Assembly (NCBI GenBank): GCA_937958045.1
Contig: CALFXL010000028.1
Span: 19,992-83,991, forward strand
Origin: an uncultured Opitutaceae bacterium
Lineage (GTDB): Bacteria > Verrucomicrobiota > Verrucomicrobiia > Opitutales > Opitutaceae
Direction of reading: 5' to 3'
DNA: 64,000 bases
Shown here: piece after piece, positions 16,672 through 30,812 of the stretch
Numbering within the stretch: the stretch's first letter is position 1
How the letters are laid out: every line of letters starts with the position of its first letter
Position numbers and translations under genes: made by a program
Notes under the pieces: generated by a model
Told to the model about the DNA's origin: nothing
Database searches by the model: none
Seen by the model: the letters and a program-made list of their open reading frames with translations, nothing else

Positions 16672-18951
16672 TTACGGCACGGTGATCTGGTCGATGTTGC
16701 CGAGATCGTTCCCGGTCGAGGTAAACTGAATCACGTTCGACGAGTTGTTGTTGAGCGTCACGTTTATGGTGAGCGTGTTCCACGTCGTCCATGAACCGGT
16801 TGGCGTGAAGGTGATGCTCGAAGTCGATCCGTTGACGGTGAGGTTGCCCGTGCGCGACGCGGTGACGCCGAGCGCGTAGCGAATCTGCAGGGCTTTGGTG
16901 CCGCCGCCATTTCCCGAGACGCCGGTGAAGGTGAGAGAACCACCGCTGGCGGGGAAGTTGGCGAAACCGGAGCCGTTGAAGCCGGCGTTGTTGGAATCGA
17001 TCGTCGTGCCGCCTGCGACCGTGGCGTTTTCGGCTTGGTAGGTGTTGCCGGTCGGCGGCGGAGTGGAGCCGCCGACGTAGGTGATGTTGGCCGCAGGCTG
17101 CGCGCCCATGCCGGTACCGAGATAGAAACTCGGATGCGGCGGCTGATTGTAGCCGACATTTTGCCAGGCGATGGCCACGCGGTACTGCGCGTCGTGCATC
17201 AAGGTGTAGAAGCGATTCGTCGCGACTGTAGTGGAAACGTAGATACGCAGCGCCGAGTTGTTGCTCTCGCGCCAGATGACTTCCTCGCGCCAATCGCCGA
17301 GAATATCGGCCGAGAGATTGGGCGTGGCTTTGGTGCCGTTGTTGGATGCGACTCCGGAGGCGGCGAGCAAGGTGCTGGCGTTGCCGGCGGTTTCGTTCCA
17401 CTTCGAGATTGTGGTGCCGTCGAGCAGTTCGCGTTTCAGATCGGCGTCCCACCAAATCATGAAGTTGATCGGGCTGGGGCGCGATGAACCGATGACGGCG
17501 CCGGAAGCGGAATAGAGGTTGGAATTGCTGGCGCCCCAGAACTCGTAGCCGGCGTAGCGTGAATCGATGTCGCCACAAACGCCGCGGCCGATGTCCGACG
17601 ACGCGGAGGTGCTCCAGAGAATCGTGCCGGTGTTGGCGTCGCGGAACGACGTGCCGATTCCGCCGTTGGAGCCGGGGCTTTCGTGCGGCATGAAGATCTC
17701 GAGACCGGGACGGCTCGGGTTCATGTCGGAAACGTGCAGCGCGTCGCCATGACCGAGGCCCGTGGTGTGTTTGCCGGTGCCATTGTCGTCGATGACGGCG
17801 GCGCCGTAGATGATCTCGTGGCGTCCGTCGTTGTCGACGTCGGCGATGGAGAGCGAGTGCGCGCCCTGGCCGCGATAACCGCCGAGCGAGCCGCCGGAGT
17901 GCCCGGTGTCGAAGGTCCAGCGCTGCGTGAGCTGGCCATTGCGATAATCCCATGCGGCGACGACGGCACGCGTGTAATAACCGCGGCACATGATCAAACT
18001 CGGGCGTGTGCCATCGAGGTACGCGATGCCCGCGAGGAAACGATCGACGCGATTGCCGTAGTTGTCGCCCCAATTGCTAACGGTGCCGCGCGGGGGATTG
18101 TAATTGGCCGTCGCGAGAATGGCGCCTGTCTGGCCGTTGAAGATGGTGAGATATTCCGGCCCGCTCAGGATGTAGCCGCTGGAATTGCGATGATCGGCGG
18201 AGGCGTTGCCGATCACTTGACCGGTTCCGGAGATGGTGGCGTCGGCGGTTTTGCACGCGACCTCGGCTTTGCCGTCGCCGTCGAGATCGTACACCATGAA
18301 TTGCGTGTAATGAGCGCCCGCGCGGATGTTGCGCCCGAGATCGATGCGCCACAGTCGCGTGCCGTTGAGTTTGTAGGCGTCGAGATAGACATTGCCGGTG
18401 TAGCCGGACTGGGAGTTGTCCTTTGAATTGGACGGATCCCATTTCACGACGATCTCGTACTCGCCGTCGCCATCGAGATCGCCGACCGAGCAATCGTTGG
18501 GCGAGTACGTATAAGACTCGCCGCTGGGCGTGGTGCCACCGGCGGGGATTTGCAACGGAACGCGCAGGTAACCCGTTGTGGTTGAGTTGGAGGGCAGCGT
18601 GAAGCCGGCGCTCGCGGGTTGTTCGACGCCATTGATGACGGGGCGCACGGTGTACACGTTGGTCTGCGAGGCGACCGAAGACGTGTCCACGAAGTTGGTC
18701 GAGTTGGTGATGGGCGAGCTATTGAGCTTCACCGGCGAACCGCCGTTGGCGGAGCGGTAGACGTTGTAGGCGATGCCGGACGGATCGAGTCCGAGCTGGC
18801 GCCAGCCGACGTACACTTGCGAACTGCTGGTGCGCAGGGCGACGACACCGCGGCCGAGGGATTCCATTTGGTAAGGAGCGGCAAAGGCGCATGCGGCTCC
18901 GAGCGCCAAGCATAGCGCCAGCGCGGACAGACATGAACGTGCAGATTTCAT
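16672..18951 (-). CDS. PL11 rhamnogalacturonan lyase (YesW/YesX type) with C-terminal CBM35/CBM6-like module
   Basis: [72 protein letters not shown]; C-terminal YQAENA...[10 protein letters not shown] module. ATG 18951 begins the signal peptide. Confidence 0.93.
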   Translation of the reverse strand: MKSARSCLSALALCLALGAACAFAAPYQMESLGRGVVALRTSSSQVYVGWRQLGLDPSGIAYNVYRSANGGSPVKLNSSPITNSTNFVDTSSVASQTNVYTVRPVINGVEQPASAGFTLPSNSTTTGYLRVPLQIPAGGTTPSGESYTYSPNDCSVGDLDGDGEYEIVVKWDPSNSKDNSQSGYTGNVYLDAYKLNGTRLWRIDLGRNIRAGAHYTQFMVYDLDGDGKAEVACKTADATISGTGQVIGNASADHRNSSGYILSGPEYLTIFNGQTGAILATANYNPPRGTVSNWGDNYGNRVDRFLAGIAYLDGTRPSLIMCRGYYTRAVVAAWDYRNGQLTQRWTFDTGHSGGSLGGYRGQGAHSLSIADVDNDGRHEIIYGAAVIDDNGTGKHTTGLGHGDALHVSDMNPSRPGLEIFMPHESPGSNGGIGTSFRDANTGTILWSTSASSDIGRGVCGDIDSRYAGYEFWGASNSNLYSASGAVIGSSRPSPINFMIWWDADLKRELLDGTTISKWNETAGNASTLLAASGVASNNGTKATPNLSADILGDWREEVIWRESNNSALRIYVSTTVATNRFYTLMHDAQYRVAIAWQNVGYNQPPHPSFYLGTGMGAQPAANITYVGGSTPPPTGNTYQAENATVAGGTTIDSNNAGFNGSGFANFPASGGSLTFTGVSGNGGGTKALQIRYALGVTASRTGNLTVNGSTSSITFTPTGSWTTWNTLTINVTLNNNSSNVIQFTSTGNDLGNIDQITVP

Positions 18952-19156
18952 GGGGTATGGGGTTGGGGTAATGCCCGTGGACGGCCGCATAGGTACACGC
19001 GCCCGCCAAGAGCGATTAGGGGTAAGTGCCGGTAGCCGGCACGGGCACAGCGGACTCAGATTCGCCGTTTTCACAAAAACCGGTGAGTCGTACAGTCAGT
19101 TTGGTAAAGTCATTTGCGCTTCGTGCCGTTGGGATGAGTTGGTCCTTTTTACGATT

Positions 19157-23113
<3,957 letters not shown>

Positions 23114-23137
23114 GAAAAAACTGGCACGCGCCAAAGC

Positions 23138-23150
23138 ATCGCGTAACGAT
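23138..23150. promoter_or_regulatory. Short palindrome just upstream of the MarR gene, possible autoregulatory site
   Basis: ATCG-CGTAA-CGAT ending 7 nt before the GTG start. Confidence 0.3.
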
Positions 23151-23156
23151 ATAAAC

Positions 23157-23612
23157 GTGAGTTTCCGTTCCGATCTCCGGAAAAAATCTTTCAGCAAGGC
23201 CGACTATGAGCAATTGGCCGCGTGGCGTTATTCGCTTCGACGTTTTTTGCGTTTCAGCGAAGAGGCCGCGACGCAAGCGGGGCTCACGCCTCAGCAGCAT
23301 CAAGCGTTGCTCGCCGTGCAAGGCATGCCCGGCCGCGAGGAAGCGACGGTGGGCGAACTCGCGGAGCGACTTCAGCTGAAACATCACAGCACCGTCGAGT
23401 TGGTGAATCGTCTCGAAAACGCCGGTCTGTTGAAACGGTCGGTGGGGACGGAAGATGCGCGACAAGTGCTGTTGAAAGTGACGCCAAAGGGCTTGCGTCT
23501 CCTCGAAAAACTCACGGCGGCGCATCGCGCGGAATTGAAGCGCGTCGGCCCCGAACTCGCCGCGGTGCTTTCGGAGGTCGTGGCGTCCGCGTCCGAAAGC
23601 GAAACGGAATGA
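23157..23612 (+). CDS. MarR-family transcriptional regulator
   Basis: ADYEQLAAWRYSLRRFLRFSE, GLTPQQHQALLAV, VGELAERLQLKHHSTVELVNRLE winged helix; GTG 23157 is the likely start. Confidence 0.9.
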   Translation: MSFRSDLRKKSFSKADYEQLAAWRYSLRRFLRFSEEAATQAGLTPQQHQALLAVQGMPGREEATVGELAERLQLKHHSTVELVNRLENAGLLKRSVGTEDARQVLLKVTPKGLRLLEKLTAAHRAELKRVGPELAAVLSEVVASASESETE

Positions 23613-23655
23613 GCGCGTCGTTTGCGCGCCCGCCCGGGTGCTCTCTTTTTTCTTT

Positions 23656-23754
23656 ATGAACCATATGCCGAATTCATTTCTGCGTCTTATTCCGCTCGTC
23701 GGACAAATGGGCCTCGCGGTGGGCGCGGGTTTCCTGATCTTCGCGCTGCTGTGA
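23656..23754 (+). CDS. 32-aa single-helix membrane peptide, too short for the supplied ORF track
   Basis: MNHMPNSFLRLIPLVGQMGLAVGAGFLIFALL; its TGA overlaps the next GTG (GTGA). Confidence 0.5.
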   Translation: MNHMPNSFLRLIPLVGQMGLAVGAGFLIFALL

Positions 23755-24137
23755 AGCGCTTCCGATACGCGCTCGATCCGCTTTGCGTGAGCGCTTGCGC
23801 GCTTTACGCGGTGAATCGCTTTGGCGTGAAACCGCATGTGGGATCGGAGTTTTTGCGCGGGCATTTCAACGACCTGCTGCTGATTCCCGCGGCGTTGCCA
23901 TTTGTGTTGTGGATTAATCGCCGGCTTGGCTGGCGCCCGCATGACGCCCCGCCGAATGCTCGCGAGATCGCGCTGCACACAGCGCTCTGGGCGTTGATCT
24001 GCGAAGGCATCGGACCGCGATGGTTTCAGCAGGGCACCGCGGACTGGTGCGACGTCGTCGCCTACGCAACCGGAGCGGTGATCGCATGGATGCTGTGGAA
24101 TCCGAAAAGCGCGCGGGCTCAGACGGAAGTCGCGTGA
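23751..24137 (+). CDS. Small multi-pass membrane protein, VanZ-like
   Basis: Hydrophobic helices with NDLLLIP and GTADWCDVVAYATG motifs; GTGA overlaps at both ends. Confidence 0.7.
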   Translation: MKRFRYALDPLCVSACALYAVNRFGVKPHVGSEFLRGHFNDLLLIPAALPFVLWINRRLGWRPHDAPPNAREIALHTALWALICEGIGPRWFQQGTADWCDVVAYATGAVIAWMLWNPKSARAQTEVA

Positions 24138-24853
24138 GGAGCTTCGATCGGCTCGCGCCGCATTATCGCTGGATGGAAGCGATGCTCGCGGGATCGATTC
24201 TGCAACGCGCGCGCACGCGATGGTTCGATCATCTGAGTGGACGACGACGTCTCTTGATCGTCGGCGAAGGCCCGGGACGAACGCTCGAAGTTATTCGGAG
24301 GCGACTTCCAGCGCTCGCGGTCACCGTTGTCGAAGCCAGCGGCGGCATGATCGCGGCGGCGAAACGACGACTCGCGAAAACGCAGATCGACGCTGAAAAC
24401 GTGACATGGATTCACGCCGACGTGCGCTCGTGGCTCGCGGAAAGAACGGTGCGCACGAATGGTGAAAACGAGGCGAGATTCGACGCGGTGCTCACGCCCT
24501 TCGTGCTCGATTGTTTTTCGCCGAAGGATGTCGACGCGATCGTCGCCGGCATTGCGCGACAAACGAGCGATGACGCGCTTTGGTTGTTGTCGGATTTTTG
24601 CGTGCCGGCGAGCGGCTGGAAACGATGGCGTGCGCGCTGGGTGCACGGGGTGATGTATGCTTTTTTCCGCGCAGCGACACGCTTGGATGCGCGCCGACTC
24701 ACGCCGCCGGATGATGCGTTGATGCGCGCGGGCTTTGCGCTGACGGAGCGCGCGTTGTTCAACGCGGAGCTCATCCACAGCGACGTGTGGACAACAAAAA
24801 CGCCGCGGGTCGGCGGCGCTTTGACGAGAACGAAGTCGCGAGAATTTAGCTGA
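24134..24853 (+). CDS. Class I SAM-dependent methyltransferase
   Basis: SFDRLAPHYRWME, LIVGEGPGR (motif I), VVEASGGM, IHADV, FDAVLTPFVLDCF. Confidence 0.85.
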   Translation: MRSFDRLAPHYRWMEAMLAGSILQRARTRWFDHLSGRRRLLIVGEGPGRTLEVIRRRLPALAVTVVEASGGMIAAAKRRLAKTQIDAENVTWIHADVRSWLAERTVRTNGENEARFDAVLTPFVLDCFSPKDVDAIVAGIARQTSDDALWLLSDFCVPASGWKRWRARWVHGVMYAFFRAATRLDARRLTPPDDALMRAGFALTERALFNAELIHSDVWTTKTPRVGGALTRTKSREFS

Positions 24854-26129
24854 AGAACTTCAGGATGCGCCGCATCGACGCGACGAGCACATCGATGTCT
24901 TCCGGCGTGTTGTACACGTAGAAACTCGCGCGAACGGTGCTCGGCAGACCGAGCTTTTTCATGAGCGGTTGATTGCAATGATGGCCACCGCGCAGCGCGA
25001 CACCGTCTTGGTCGGCGAAGGTGACGACATCGTGCGCATGCGCGTCTTGAAGCGCGAAGCTGACGAGGCCGCCGCGTTTACCTTTGGGACCGAGGATGCG
25101 GATGCCGGGCAGTTCGCTCAACGCGGCATACGCTTTTTCGGCGAGACCGTCATCGTGTGCGGCGATTTTGTCGCGACCGAGCAAGTCGAGATAATCCATC
25201 GCGGCGTGCAGGCCGATCGCATCGGCGACATTGGGCGTGCCGGCTTCGAAACGCTCGGGCGAGGGCTTCCATTTGCTTTGGAAAAATTCGACCTGCGAAA
25301 TCATGCCGCCGCCGCCTTGCCACGGAGGCATCGCGTCGAGCAATGCGCGACGTCCGTAGAGAATGCCGATGCCGGTGGGACCGGCCATCTTGTGGCCGGA
25401 GAACGCGAGGAAGTCGCAGTCGATTTTTTGAACATCGAGCGGTTCGTGTCCGGACGATTGCGCGGCGTCGACGACAGTGATGGCGCCGACTTTTTTCGCG
25501 CGCGCGCAAAGATCGGCGACGGGATTGATGACGCCGAGCGTGTTGGAAATGTGCGTGAACGCGAAAATCTTCACCTCGGGCGTGAGGAGTTTGTCGAGCG
25601 AGTCGAGGTCGAGACCATGCTCGGCGTTTTCTCCGGCGACAGGCACGTAGCGCAACGTCGCGCCGGTGCGTTGCGCGAGCAGCTGCCACGGCACGAGATT
25701 GGAGTGATGCTCCATCTCGGTGAGCAAAATGACGTCGCCCGCTTTCAAGTTGGCGGGGCCCCAGCTTTGCGCGACGAGGTTGATGGATTCGGTGGTGCCG
25801 CGGGTGAAAACGACTTCCTCCGGTGCAGCGGCGTTGATGAAACGCGCGGCGCGAGCGCGGGCGGCTTCGTAGCCATCGGTCGCGCGCATGGAGAGCGCGT
25901 GGAGCCCGCGGTGAACATTGCTGTTGTCGGCTTCGTAGAAGCGCGAAAGCACATCGATCACCGTGCGCGGCTTGTGCGTGGTGGCGGCGTTGTCGAGATA
26001 CACGAGCGGCTTGGAGCCGACGTGTTGATGCAGCACCGGAAAATCGGCGCGGACATCACGCCAGCCCTGAAGATCGACGCGCGGCGGGAGCTGCAAAACA
26101 GGAAGAACGGGAGCGGGCGCGGCGCTCAT
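24846..26129 (-). CDS. sufS: Cysteine desulfurase, SufS type
   Basis: YLDNAATTHKP, EHHSNLVPW, VDAAQS, FSGHKM (PLP lysine), RGGHHCNQP, RASFYVYN. Confidence 0.96.
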   Translation of the reverse strand: MSAAPAPVLPVLQLPPRVDLQGWRDVRADFPVLHQHVGSKPLVYLDNAATTHKPRTVIDVLSRFYEADNSNVHRGLHALSMRATDGYEAARARAARFINAAAPEEVVFTRGTTESINLVAQSWGPANLKAGDVILLTEMEHHSNLVPWQLLAQRTGATLRYVPVAGENAEHGLDLDSLDKLLTPEVKIFAFTHISNTLGVINPVADLCARAKKVGAITVVDAAQSSGHEPLDVQKIDCDFLAFSGHKMAGPTGIGILYGRRALLDAMPPWQGGGGMISQVEFFQSKWKPSPERFEAGTPNVADAIGLHAAMDYLDLLGRDKIAAHDDGLAEKAYAALSELPGIRILGPKGKRGGLVSFALQDAHAHDVVTFADQDGVALRGGHHCNQPLMKKLGLPSTVRASFYVYNTPEDIDVLVASMRRILKFFS

Positions 26130-26560
26130 GGCTGGCCCTCCGGTTGTTTGAGCGCATCGATCGCGGCGTGCCACGAGAGTGTGGCGCATTTGATGCGGGC
26201 CGGATACGCGTGTACGCCGGCAAACGCGGCGAGTTCGGTGAATTCTTCGGGCTCTTCGCCGGTTTTCACGATGCGGGCGAATTCCTCGTAAGCCTTTTCA
26301 GCCTCCTCGAGATTTTTGCCCTTGAGCTGGGTGGTCATGAGCGAAGCCGAAGCCTGCGAAATGGCGCAGCCGGAACCTTCGAAACTAATCGCGTCAATGC
26401 GGCCGTCGGGCGTGGTGTGCAGGTAAACCGTGCAGTTGTCGCCACACGTCGGATTGTCGCCGGTGGCGTAGCGATTGGCCGTGGGCAGTTTACCGCGATT
26501 ACGCGGCCGCTTGTTGTGATCGAGGATGACGGATTGATAGAGATCGCTGAGATCGCTCAT
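26126..26560 (-). CDS. sufU: SufU/IscU-type sulfur-transfer or scaffold protein
   Basis: LYQSVILDH, NPTCGD, GSGCAISQASAS, ARIKCATLSW; ATGA overlap with sufS. Confidence 0.93.
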   Translation of the reverse strand: MSDLSDLYQSVILDHNKRPRNRGKLPTANRYATGDNPTCGDNCTVYLHTTPDGRIDAISFEGSGCAISQASASLMTTQLKGKNLEEAEKAYEEFARIVKTGEEPEEFTELAAFAGVHAYPARIKCATLSWHAAIDALKQPEGQP

Positions 26561-26762
26561 GGAAGGCCCGGAACGTAGAGGAAACCGCGCCGGAGGCAAA
26601 GCCGGGTTTCAAAAGAAAACGCGGTTCGCAGGCGGAGCTCGCTGACAAGCCATTGCGACGCAAGGGAAAGACGCGCGAGGACGGCGGGCGCGCCCAGCGG
26701 ACAGTGCGGAGCATTGTCCCGACCTGGGCTGAGGCGGACGCGAGGCGTGAATGTGCGCGTGG

Positions 26763-27086
26763 CTAGCGCTGCTCTTCTAAGGATTCGTCGAGTTCCTTGA
26801 TGAACTTTTCCTTCTGCGCCTTCTCTTTTTGTTTTTTGCGCCACTCGGCTTCCGCCTTGGCGTCGGCGAGAGAGATTTCGTGCGCAGCGCGTTCGCGGGC
26901 TTCTTCGGGAGTGAGATTCGGGTACAACGCGCGCAGCATGCTGGCGCGTTCGCGGACGCGCACTTCGGTCGACACTGCGGGCAGAGGCGCGGCGCGTTCC
27001 TGCACCGGGCTGTCCACGCAGGCGCAAAACATGAGCGAGGCGACGGGCGCCGCGAGAAGGATGAAACGACGAAGCGTGGAGTTCAT
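26763..27086 (-). CDS. Small putative lipoprotein
   Basis: MNSTLRRFILLAAPVASLMFCAC lipobox-like signal followed by a charged helical body. Confidence 0.6.
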   Translation of the reverse strand: MNSTLRRFILLAAPVASLMFCACVDSPVQERAAPLPAVSTEVRVRERASMLRALYPNLTPEEARERAAHEISLADAKAEAEWRKKQKEKAQKEKFIKELDESLEEQR

Positions 27087-27173
27087 GGGGTAAAGCCGAG
27101 GGACGTGCGCGCTGGTGACACGAGTGCCGCGAGCGGTGTCGTGTGTCACTAGACACCGCTCGCAGGGCGGAGT

Positions 27174-28298
27174 TCAGAAAGCGCGCGACAGCGAGACGGA
27201 ACCGAACTCGTTGAACTCTTCGGGCTGTCCGTCGAATTCCCGGGTGCGGTAGGTTTGCGCGAACGTGAGCTGCCATTTGCCGGCGATCAGACCGAAGCCG
27301 TAGCTCAAGTCGGCCACCAGCGGTTTTTTGTCCACGCTGGGGCTGTCTTCCCACGTGTTGCCATCGAGAAAGATGTCGCGTGCGACGGCGCGTCCATCGG
27401 CGATGGCGAAGAGATAAAAGCTCCAGCTGCGGCGCGGCGAAACGCGCGGATCGTAGTCGTCGAGCGGTGCGTTCACCGTGCCGCCTGGACGGATGAGTTT
27501 CACGCCGAAGTCGCTGGGCAGATTGATGCCGAGGCGCACGGAGGCGCCGGCGTTGGCGTGCGTTTGTACATTGCCGAGGCTCGCGCCGAGATGCGGGATG
27601 AGGTCGACGCCGAGCGAGTTGCTGAACGCGCGCGCGTAGAGGCGCCAATTGCGTTCATAGATGACGTTTACGCCGACCTCATCTTCGAGCTGATATTCCC
27701 AGCCATTGGGACGCGAATCGTTGATCCATTCGTGTACGTGACGCTGCGTGGTGTCGGCGTAGGAATGCGGACCGATCATGCCGACTTGGATCGACAGCGT
27801 GTCCATGATCGTCGCGGTTTTGCTGACGAAATTGAGTTCCGCGTATGTCCAACCCGCGTACGGACGATCGTTGGGATCGGGCACGAATGCGTCGGTGTCT
27901 TGCGGCGTGTAGATGTTTTGGCCGAGTGCGAAGCCGAAGTTTTTCTGCGCGCCCTCGCGATTGATGAACGGAAGAACCTCCAAGAAACGTCGACGCGCCC
28001 CTTCGCGGCCCCACGTGCTCAAGTCGGCGGAGAGCCAGGAGAACTTCGCTCCATTGGTGTAGTGACGATCGGTGCCGCCGAAGTAGTCGTTCTCGAAATA
28101 AATGCTGAAGACGGGAGCGGAGCGTGCGCGCGCCGAACCGTTTTCATCGAGAGTAGGTCCCGGACCGGTGATGGACGGCGGCTCGCCCTCGGCGGATGTC
28201 GTCGCTTGTGCGAAAGCGGACGAAGAAAGCGCGAGCAAAACGGCTGCCGCGCCACCACGCATCGCGATAAAAGAAGAGGAGTGAAACAGTGTGTGCAT
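27174..28298 (-). CDS. Lipid A deacylase LpxR-family outer-membrane protein (DUF2219)
   Basis: SIYFENDYFGGTDRHYTNG, GQNIYTP, DRPYAGW, GRAVARDIFLDGN, C-terminal SLSRAF. Confidence 0.88.
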   Translation of the reverse strand: MHTLFHSSSFIAMRGGAAAVLLALSSSAFAQATTSAEGEPPSITGPGPTLDENGSARARSAPVFSIYFENDYFGGTDRHYTNGAKFSWLSADLSTWGREGARRRFLEVLPFINREGAQKNFGFALGQNIYTPQDTDAFVPDPNDRPYAGWTYAELNFVSKTATIMDTLSIQVGMIGPHSYADTTQRHVHEWINDSRPNGWEYQLEDEVGVNVIYERNWRLYARAFSNSLGVDLIPHLGASLGNVQTHANAGASVRLGINLPSDFGVKLIRPGGTVNAPLDDYDPRVSPRRSWSFYLFAIADGRAVARDIFLDGNTWEDSPSVDKKPLVADLSYGFGLIAGKWQLTFAQTYRTREFDGQPEEFNEFGSVSLSRAF

Positions 28299-28574
28299 GA
28301 TGCCCAGAAAGTGGGCGGAGCACGGCGAATGTTCCCGATGGTGCGCGGTTTTATCGTTTATAAGTTATTGTTTTTCAGCGTAATGCAAAATGCTAAGTGG
28401 CGATGCTTCGAGGCGGGCAATGTGCAGTGCCGCACGGTTTTGCGCGCTCGAAACCTCCGGTGTTCAAACTCGCATGGTAGCGCACGCGGGAGGCTTACAC
28501 AGCGTAACGCGCATGTCTGTATTTGATTTTTGGATACGTTACGGTCGTGCGAATGTCTGCGGGGGGCGTGGGAT

Positions 28575-28604
28575 TTGACAGAAGCGTTTTTGTTTTTGCA
28601 TACT
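28575..28604 (+). promoter_or_regulatory. Sigma70-like promoter upstream of the hss leader
   Basis: TTGACA (28575-28580), 18-nt spacer, CATACT (28599-28604). Confidence 0.6.
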
Positions 28605-28655
28605 CGAGAGGTGAAACCGATCCGGCATAGATCGAACGTCTTTCGCCCGCGCCTG

Positions 28656-28800
28656 CGCGCGGGAGTGGAGCCGTTCATCCTGCTAGGGTGACCGGTGTCG
28701 TGAGTTGAACGAATCGGGCTTGGGCGCAACTGCGCCGGCCGATCGTTACCACAGGCACCGGCAGCGAAACTCCACCCTGCGCGGAAAATTTCATCCGCGC
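28656..28800 (+). ncRNA. Structured RNA in the hss 5' leader (three-way junction), candidate cis-regulatory element
   Basis: Hand-folded helices: 28656-28670 with 28770-28783 (14 bp, one bulged A), 28676-28690 hairpin, 28692-28761 long hairpin; G-U pairs support the plus strand. Confidence 0.55.
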
Positions 28801-28864
28801 GCCAACCAACTGCGTCCGTCGCCGCATGGGCTTTCTCACGGGCGCGTCCTCTCGTTCGCTAACT

Positions 28865-30310
28865 ATGGAATTCAAAAACAATGTCCTCATCATTGGTTAT
28901 GGCATCGTCGCGCAGGCGTTGCTGCCGATGTTGCTCAAACATCTTCGCGTGCCCGCGGAGCACATCACGGTGATCGATCTCGCGGATCGTGGCGGCACGT
29001 TGCGGCCATGGACGGCGCGCGGCGTGAAATTCGTGCACGAAAAAGTGACGGCGTTCAGCCTCGGTCGTCTGCTGTCCGCGCATGTGAAGCCGGGCGATCT
29101 GATCGTCGATCTCGCGTGGAGCGTGGAGTTCTTCGACATCATCCGCTGGGCGCACGACAACCAGGTGTTGTACGTGAACGCCTCGCTCGAGTCGTGGGAT
29201 CCGTCCGCGGATTCGCAGCAGCGTCCGACGATGGACAAAACGCTTTATGCGCGCTACGTGCGCTTGCTGGCGCTGAAAGATAAATGGCGCGAAGGCCCGA
29301 CCGCGGTCGTCGATCACGGCTCGAATCCCGGCCTCGTTTCTCATTTCACCAAAAAAGGTCTGCTCGACATCGCGGAGGCGGCGCTGCGCGAAAAAGTGCT
29401 TCCTGCGGCGCAGGCGAAACGTGTGCAACGCAGCGCGGAGGCGAAGGATTTCGCTGCGCTCGCGCAGGCGCTGGAGGTTCGCGTCATTCATTGCAGCGAA
29501 CGCGATACGCAGCGCGCGAACACGGCGAAAGCGCCGGACGAATTCGTCAACACATGGAGTGTCGAAGGCATGTGGGAAGAATCGATCGCGCCGGTCGAAC
29601 TCGGCTGGGGCACGCATGAGAAAACGCTACCGCCGCGTGCGCTGAAACCGGAGCATGGACCGCGCAATCAGATCGTGCTGCCGCAAATGGGCATGAACAC
29701 ATGGGTGCGCACCTGGGTGCCGGAAGAAGAGGTCGTCGGCATGGCGGTGCCCCATGGCGAAGCATTTGGCCTGTCGCATGCACTCACGCTTCGCGATGGA
29801 GATCGCGCGGTGTATCGGCCGACCGTTTATTACGCATATGTGCCGAGCAACGATGCGCTCGTGTCGTTGCATGAACTGCGTGCCCGCAATTACGAACTGC
29901 ATCCGCGCAAGCGCATCCTCACCGACGAAATCGTGACGGGCACGGATCGCGTCGGCGCGTTGATCATGGGCCACGCGTTTCGCTCGTGGTGGACGGGCAG
30001 CGTGCTCTCGATCGCGGAGGCGCGCAAAAAAGTGCCGGGCGTCAACGCGACCTCGGTGCAGGTCGCGGCCGGTGTGCTCGCGGCGGTGTTGTGGTCGCTA
30101 CGCAATCCGCGGCGCGGGCTTTGCCTGCCCGAAGATTTGCCGCACGAGGAAGTGTTGCGCGATGCGAAGCCGTATCTCGGCGAGACGGTATCGGTGCGTT
30201 CGGACTGGACGCCGCTCGTGCAGCAACGCGTGTACTTCGAGGAAAACGAAGACGCGTGCGTCGATCGCGAGGATCCGTGGCAATTCCAGAACTTCGTTTT
30301 CCGTCCGTAA
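28865..30310 (+). CDS. hss: Homospermidine synthase
   Basis: VLIIGYGIV Rossmann motif, LIVDLAW, AVVDHGSNPGLVSHF, IHCSERDTQ, EFVNTWSVEG, YRPTVYYAY, NATSVQVAAG. Confidence 0.93.
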   Translation: MEFKNNVLIIGYGIVAQALLPMLLKHLRVPAEHITVIDLADRGGTLRPWTARGVKFVHEKVTAFSLGRLLSAHVKPGDLIVDLAWSVEFFDIIRWAHDNQVLYVNASLESWDPSADSQQRPTMDKTLYARYVRLLALKDKWREGPTAVVDHGSNPGLVSHFTKKGLLDIAEAALREKVLPAAQAKRVQRSAEAKDFAALAQALEVRVIHCSERDTQRANTAKAPDEFVNTWSVEGMWEESIAPVELGWGTHEKTLPPRALKPEHGPRNQIVLPQMGMNTWVRTWVPEEEVVGMAVPHGEAFGLSHALTLRDGDRAVYRPTVYYAYVPSNDALVSLHELRARNYELHPRKRILTDEIVTGTDRVGALIMGHAFRSWWTGSVLSIAEARKKVPGVNATSVQVAAGVLAAVLWSLRNPRRGLCLPEDLPHEEVLRDAKPYLGETVSVRSDWTPLVQQRVYFEENEDACVDREDPWQFQNFVFRP

Positions 30311-30320
30311 CGAAAGCGCA

Positions 30321-30812
30321 TCAGCCCGCGTTTGTCCGCTGATCCTGCGTGGCAAATGCGAGGCGCGCGGTGCGCAGACGATGACTCTCGGTTTGGGCGT
30401 GTTGTGCGAGCGCGCGTTGTTTGAGCGTGGCGAAATGGACGTGACGCAGCGCGGGATCTTCGAGCGTTTCAAGCGCGGTCCAGAGCGCGTGTTTGCCGAG
30501 GATGCCGAGCGAGAGCGCTTCGAGCGCTTCAAACGCACCGCGATCGCCGGACGGCGTGCGGCTGAGTTTGAGACGGCTGATTTTTTCGCCGAGACGCGCG
30601 AGGAGGTTTTTCACGCGACTCGGTTTGAACCCGAGATTGCGCACGAGCGTTTCGAGTTGCTGGCGATCGTGGGAAATCTCGCGAAAGAGATGCGCGGCGA
30701 GTTCGCGAAGCAGCGGGTCGCTGTCGTGACGCGCGAGACGCCGCACCATTTTTAGCGCAAAAGCGGCGCCGGCGAGGTGGTCGTTGAGGTAAGTGCCGAT
30801 CGACGCGTCCAT
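30321..30812 (-). CDS. Hypothetical protein, probable ferritin-like four-helix bundle
   Basis: YLNDHLAGA...EISHDRQQL...EALSLGILGKHALW helical pattern. Confidence 0.7.
   Translation of the reverse strand: MDASIGTYLNDHLAGAAFALKMVRRLARHDSDPLLRELAAHLFREISHDRQQLETLVRNLGFKPSRVKNLLARLGEKISRLKLSRTPSGDRGAFEALEALSLGILGKHALWTALETLEDPALRHVHFATLKQRALAQHAQTESHRLRTARLAFATQDQRTNAG

Noticed and set aside
23122-23137. TGGCAC sigma-54-like element upstream of MarR
   Set aside because: GG and GC are 11 nt apart rather than 10, and the TTGC -12 element is absent.
28656-28800. Assignment of the hss leader to 6S RNA, SRP RNA, hammerhead ribozyme, cobalamin or guanidine-I riboswitch
   Set aside because: Only fragments match (TTGAAC, GGCACC, GAAAC, CTAGGGT, GCAACTG). 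Size and the remaining conserved cores (CUGANGA, SRP loop, B12 box, ykkC 3' motif) are missing.
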